This document shows, piece after piece, positions 62,461 through 64,000 of a DNA stretch of 64,000 nt; the first letter of the stretch is position 1; each line of letters opens with the position of its first letter. Location of the stretch: assembly GCA_028692545.1 (NCBI GenBank), contig JAQUXC010000001.1, positions 1,365-65,364 on the forward strand, read 5' to 3'. The notes under the pieces were generated by a model. It worked only from the letters and a program-made list of their open reading frames with translations, had not been told where the DNA came from and searched no databases. Source of the DNA: Patescibacteria group bacterium (lineage in GTDB: Bacteria; Patescibacteriota; Patescibacteriia; UBA1558; S5-K13). The translations under genes and the position numbers were made by a program.

Positions 62461-63111
62461 ATGAACATAAAAGAATTAATTTTAAAAAACATAAACAAAA
62501 ATGGTAAAGTAGCTACATCAGAGATTACTTCAATTACTGGTTTTTCTCGAGCTTATATAAATCGTTTTATTTCTGAACTTGTGAGTGAAAAAAAAATTAT
62601 GCAAATTGGCAAAGCAAATCAAGCACATTATATAAAATATAATAAAAATATCCCAAAAGAAATTAAGAAATTAGAAAAAAATTATAATAAAAATATAATT
62701 GATAAAATTTTGGATATATTTGATATACCACTTATGGGAACTGCTGATTGTGGGGAGCCACTTAGTATCGCAGATGATTATATAGAAGATTATATGCAAT
62801 TATCATCCAAATTTATAAAAGGAAAAAAAGAAGATTATTTTTTTGTGCGTGCAAAGGGAGATAGTATGAATAAGGAAAATATAAAAGATTTAAATTACGT
62901 ACTTATAAAAAAATGTGATAGCTTTTTAGGAAATGGAGAAAATGTATTAGCTGTTATAAATGGACTTGGAACCATAAAAAAGTTTTATAAGAAAAAAGAT
63001 ACAATTGTGTTGTCTCCAAGCTCTAGCAACAAAAAACACAAACCAATATTACTCCATAGAGATGATGAAGTATTTGTTTGTGGTAAAGTAGACCATGTTT
63101 TCGATTTTTAA
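62461..63111 (+). CDS. LexA/UmuD-like regulator: wHTH plus S24 peptidase
   Basis: N-terminal wHTH; PLMGTADCGEP cleavage region, catalytic GDSM and TIKK. Start moved to MNIKEL. Confidence 0.85.
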   Translation: MNIKELILKNINKNGKVATSEITSITGFSRAYINRFISELVSEKKIMQIGKANQAHYIKYNKNIPKEIKKLEKNYNKNIIDKILDIFDIPLMGTADCGEPLSIADDYIEDYMQLSSKFIKGKKEDYFFVRAKGDSMNKENIKDLNYVLIKKCDSFLGNGENVLAVINGLGTIKKFYKKKDTIVLSPSSSNKKHKPILLHRDDEVFVCGKVDHVFDF

Positions 63112-63532
63112 ATAATTATTAATCTCTATAAATTAAAAATATAGAGTTAGAAAGGTAAAAACATATAAATAAAGATGAATAAAAAAGACAAATAAATTTA
63201 TTTAATTTAGCCTGAACTTTAATAAATAAAAATATTTGCCTTCTCTTACTTAAGTGAATAATAACAAAAACATGAAAAAAATAAAAGCTTTTTTTAAGAA
63301 AAAAGAATCATATGACAAAAGATTGTATGCACTATTAAAAAACAGGCAAGTTGTTGTAAGGTTTTCATAAAATAAACAAAAAATCCAACATTAAAAAGGT
63401 CGCAAGTTATTCCGGCCTTTTTTGTTTACAAAATTTGTAAACTGTACTAATCTATAAGTCTAAAATAACAAAAAAGGAAATGTCATTCGTAGTCAGTTTG
63501 GATAATCTGACGAAGAATGATAAGGAGGAATT

Positions 63533-64000
63533 ATGAACGATTCCAGTGAGTATTTAGATAGGATCCTTTTGGATGCCTATAGTATTGGTTCCATTATAAG
63601 GTCTCTTGCTGCGCAAATAAAGCTGGACTATAAGGATAGGCAAGATGATTTGATTGTAATTTCTGTGTTGAAGGGTGCTTATTTCTTTACAGCTGATCTT
63701 CAAAGAGCACTTTCTCCAGAGTTGGATCCTGTAGTTGAGTTTATTCAGCTTTCTTCTTATGGAGCTGGAAGTAAGTCATCCGGAGAGTTGAAATTCAAAA
63801 AAGAATTGGAAGATGTAAACATTTCCGGTAAAGATTTGCTTGTTGTAGAGGATATAGTTGATACCGGATTGACTATTTCAAAACTCAGAGAATATCTCTT
63901 AGAGAAGGGGGCGAAGTCTGTGAGAATTTGTGTTTTTCTTGATAAAAGTGAAGCACGTATGGTTGAGGTTAAACTTGACTATGTCGGTTCAAAAATTCCC
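63533..64000 (+). CDS. hpt: Hypoxanthine phosphoribosyltransferase (partial, runs off the window; strong-SD class)
   Basis: Manual translation: VLKGAYFFTADL, LSSYG, LVVEDIVDTGLT, FLDK; AAGGAGG SD. Confidence 0.9.
   Translation, partial: MNDSSEYLDRILLDAYSIGSIIRSLAAQIKLDYKDRQDDLIVISVLKGAYFFTADLQRALSPELDPVVEFIQLSSYGAGSKSSGELKFKKELEDVNISGKDLLVVEDIVDTGLTISKLREYLLEKGAKSVRICVFLDKSEARMVEVKLDYVGSKIP

Noticed and set aside
63440-63532. Purine riboswitch upstream of hpt
   Set aside because: Only a simple hairpin (63481-63522); the conserved purine-aptamer junction motifs are absent.

Overview
AT-rich chromosomal segment of a Candidate Phyla Radiation (Patescibacteria, Parcubacteria-like) bacterium, standard genetic code. 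The taxonomy is inferred from the unlinked 16S and 23S-5S rRNA genes, 16S signature deviations, and the pilT/PBP1A/VanW/TrmB gene set. The window holds core genes (pilT, rplS, trmD, khpA, lspA, HU, tyrS, rpsO, pnp, gpsA, xth, hpt), 9 tRNAs, a parS cluster next to a DnaA-box cluster (origin-proximal candidate), and many palindromic REP-like elements. The most unusual features are: (1) a class of stand-alone orphan or foreign-looking genes, including a T9SS-type cargo protein, that carry perfect GGAGG Shine-Dalgarno sites while core genes have none; (2) non-coding hairpin-array transcripts with rRNA-type boxA sites, two of which share a near-identical promoter module 57 kb apart; (3) a tRNA-3'-end and palindrome-associated REP family near small GIY-YIG nuclease genes, with one copy inserted in the exact centre of a parS site. 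No CRISPR array, transposase, integrase or prophage was seen. All calls come from reading the sequence; no database searches were run.
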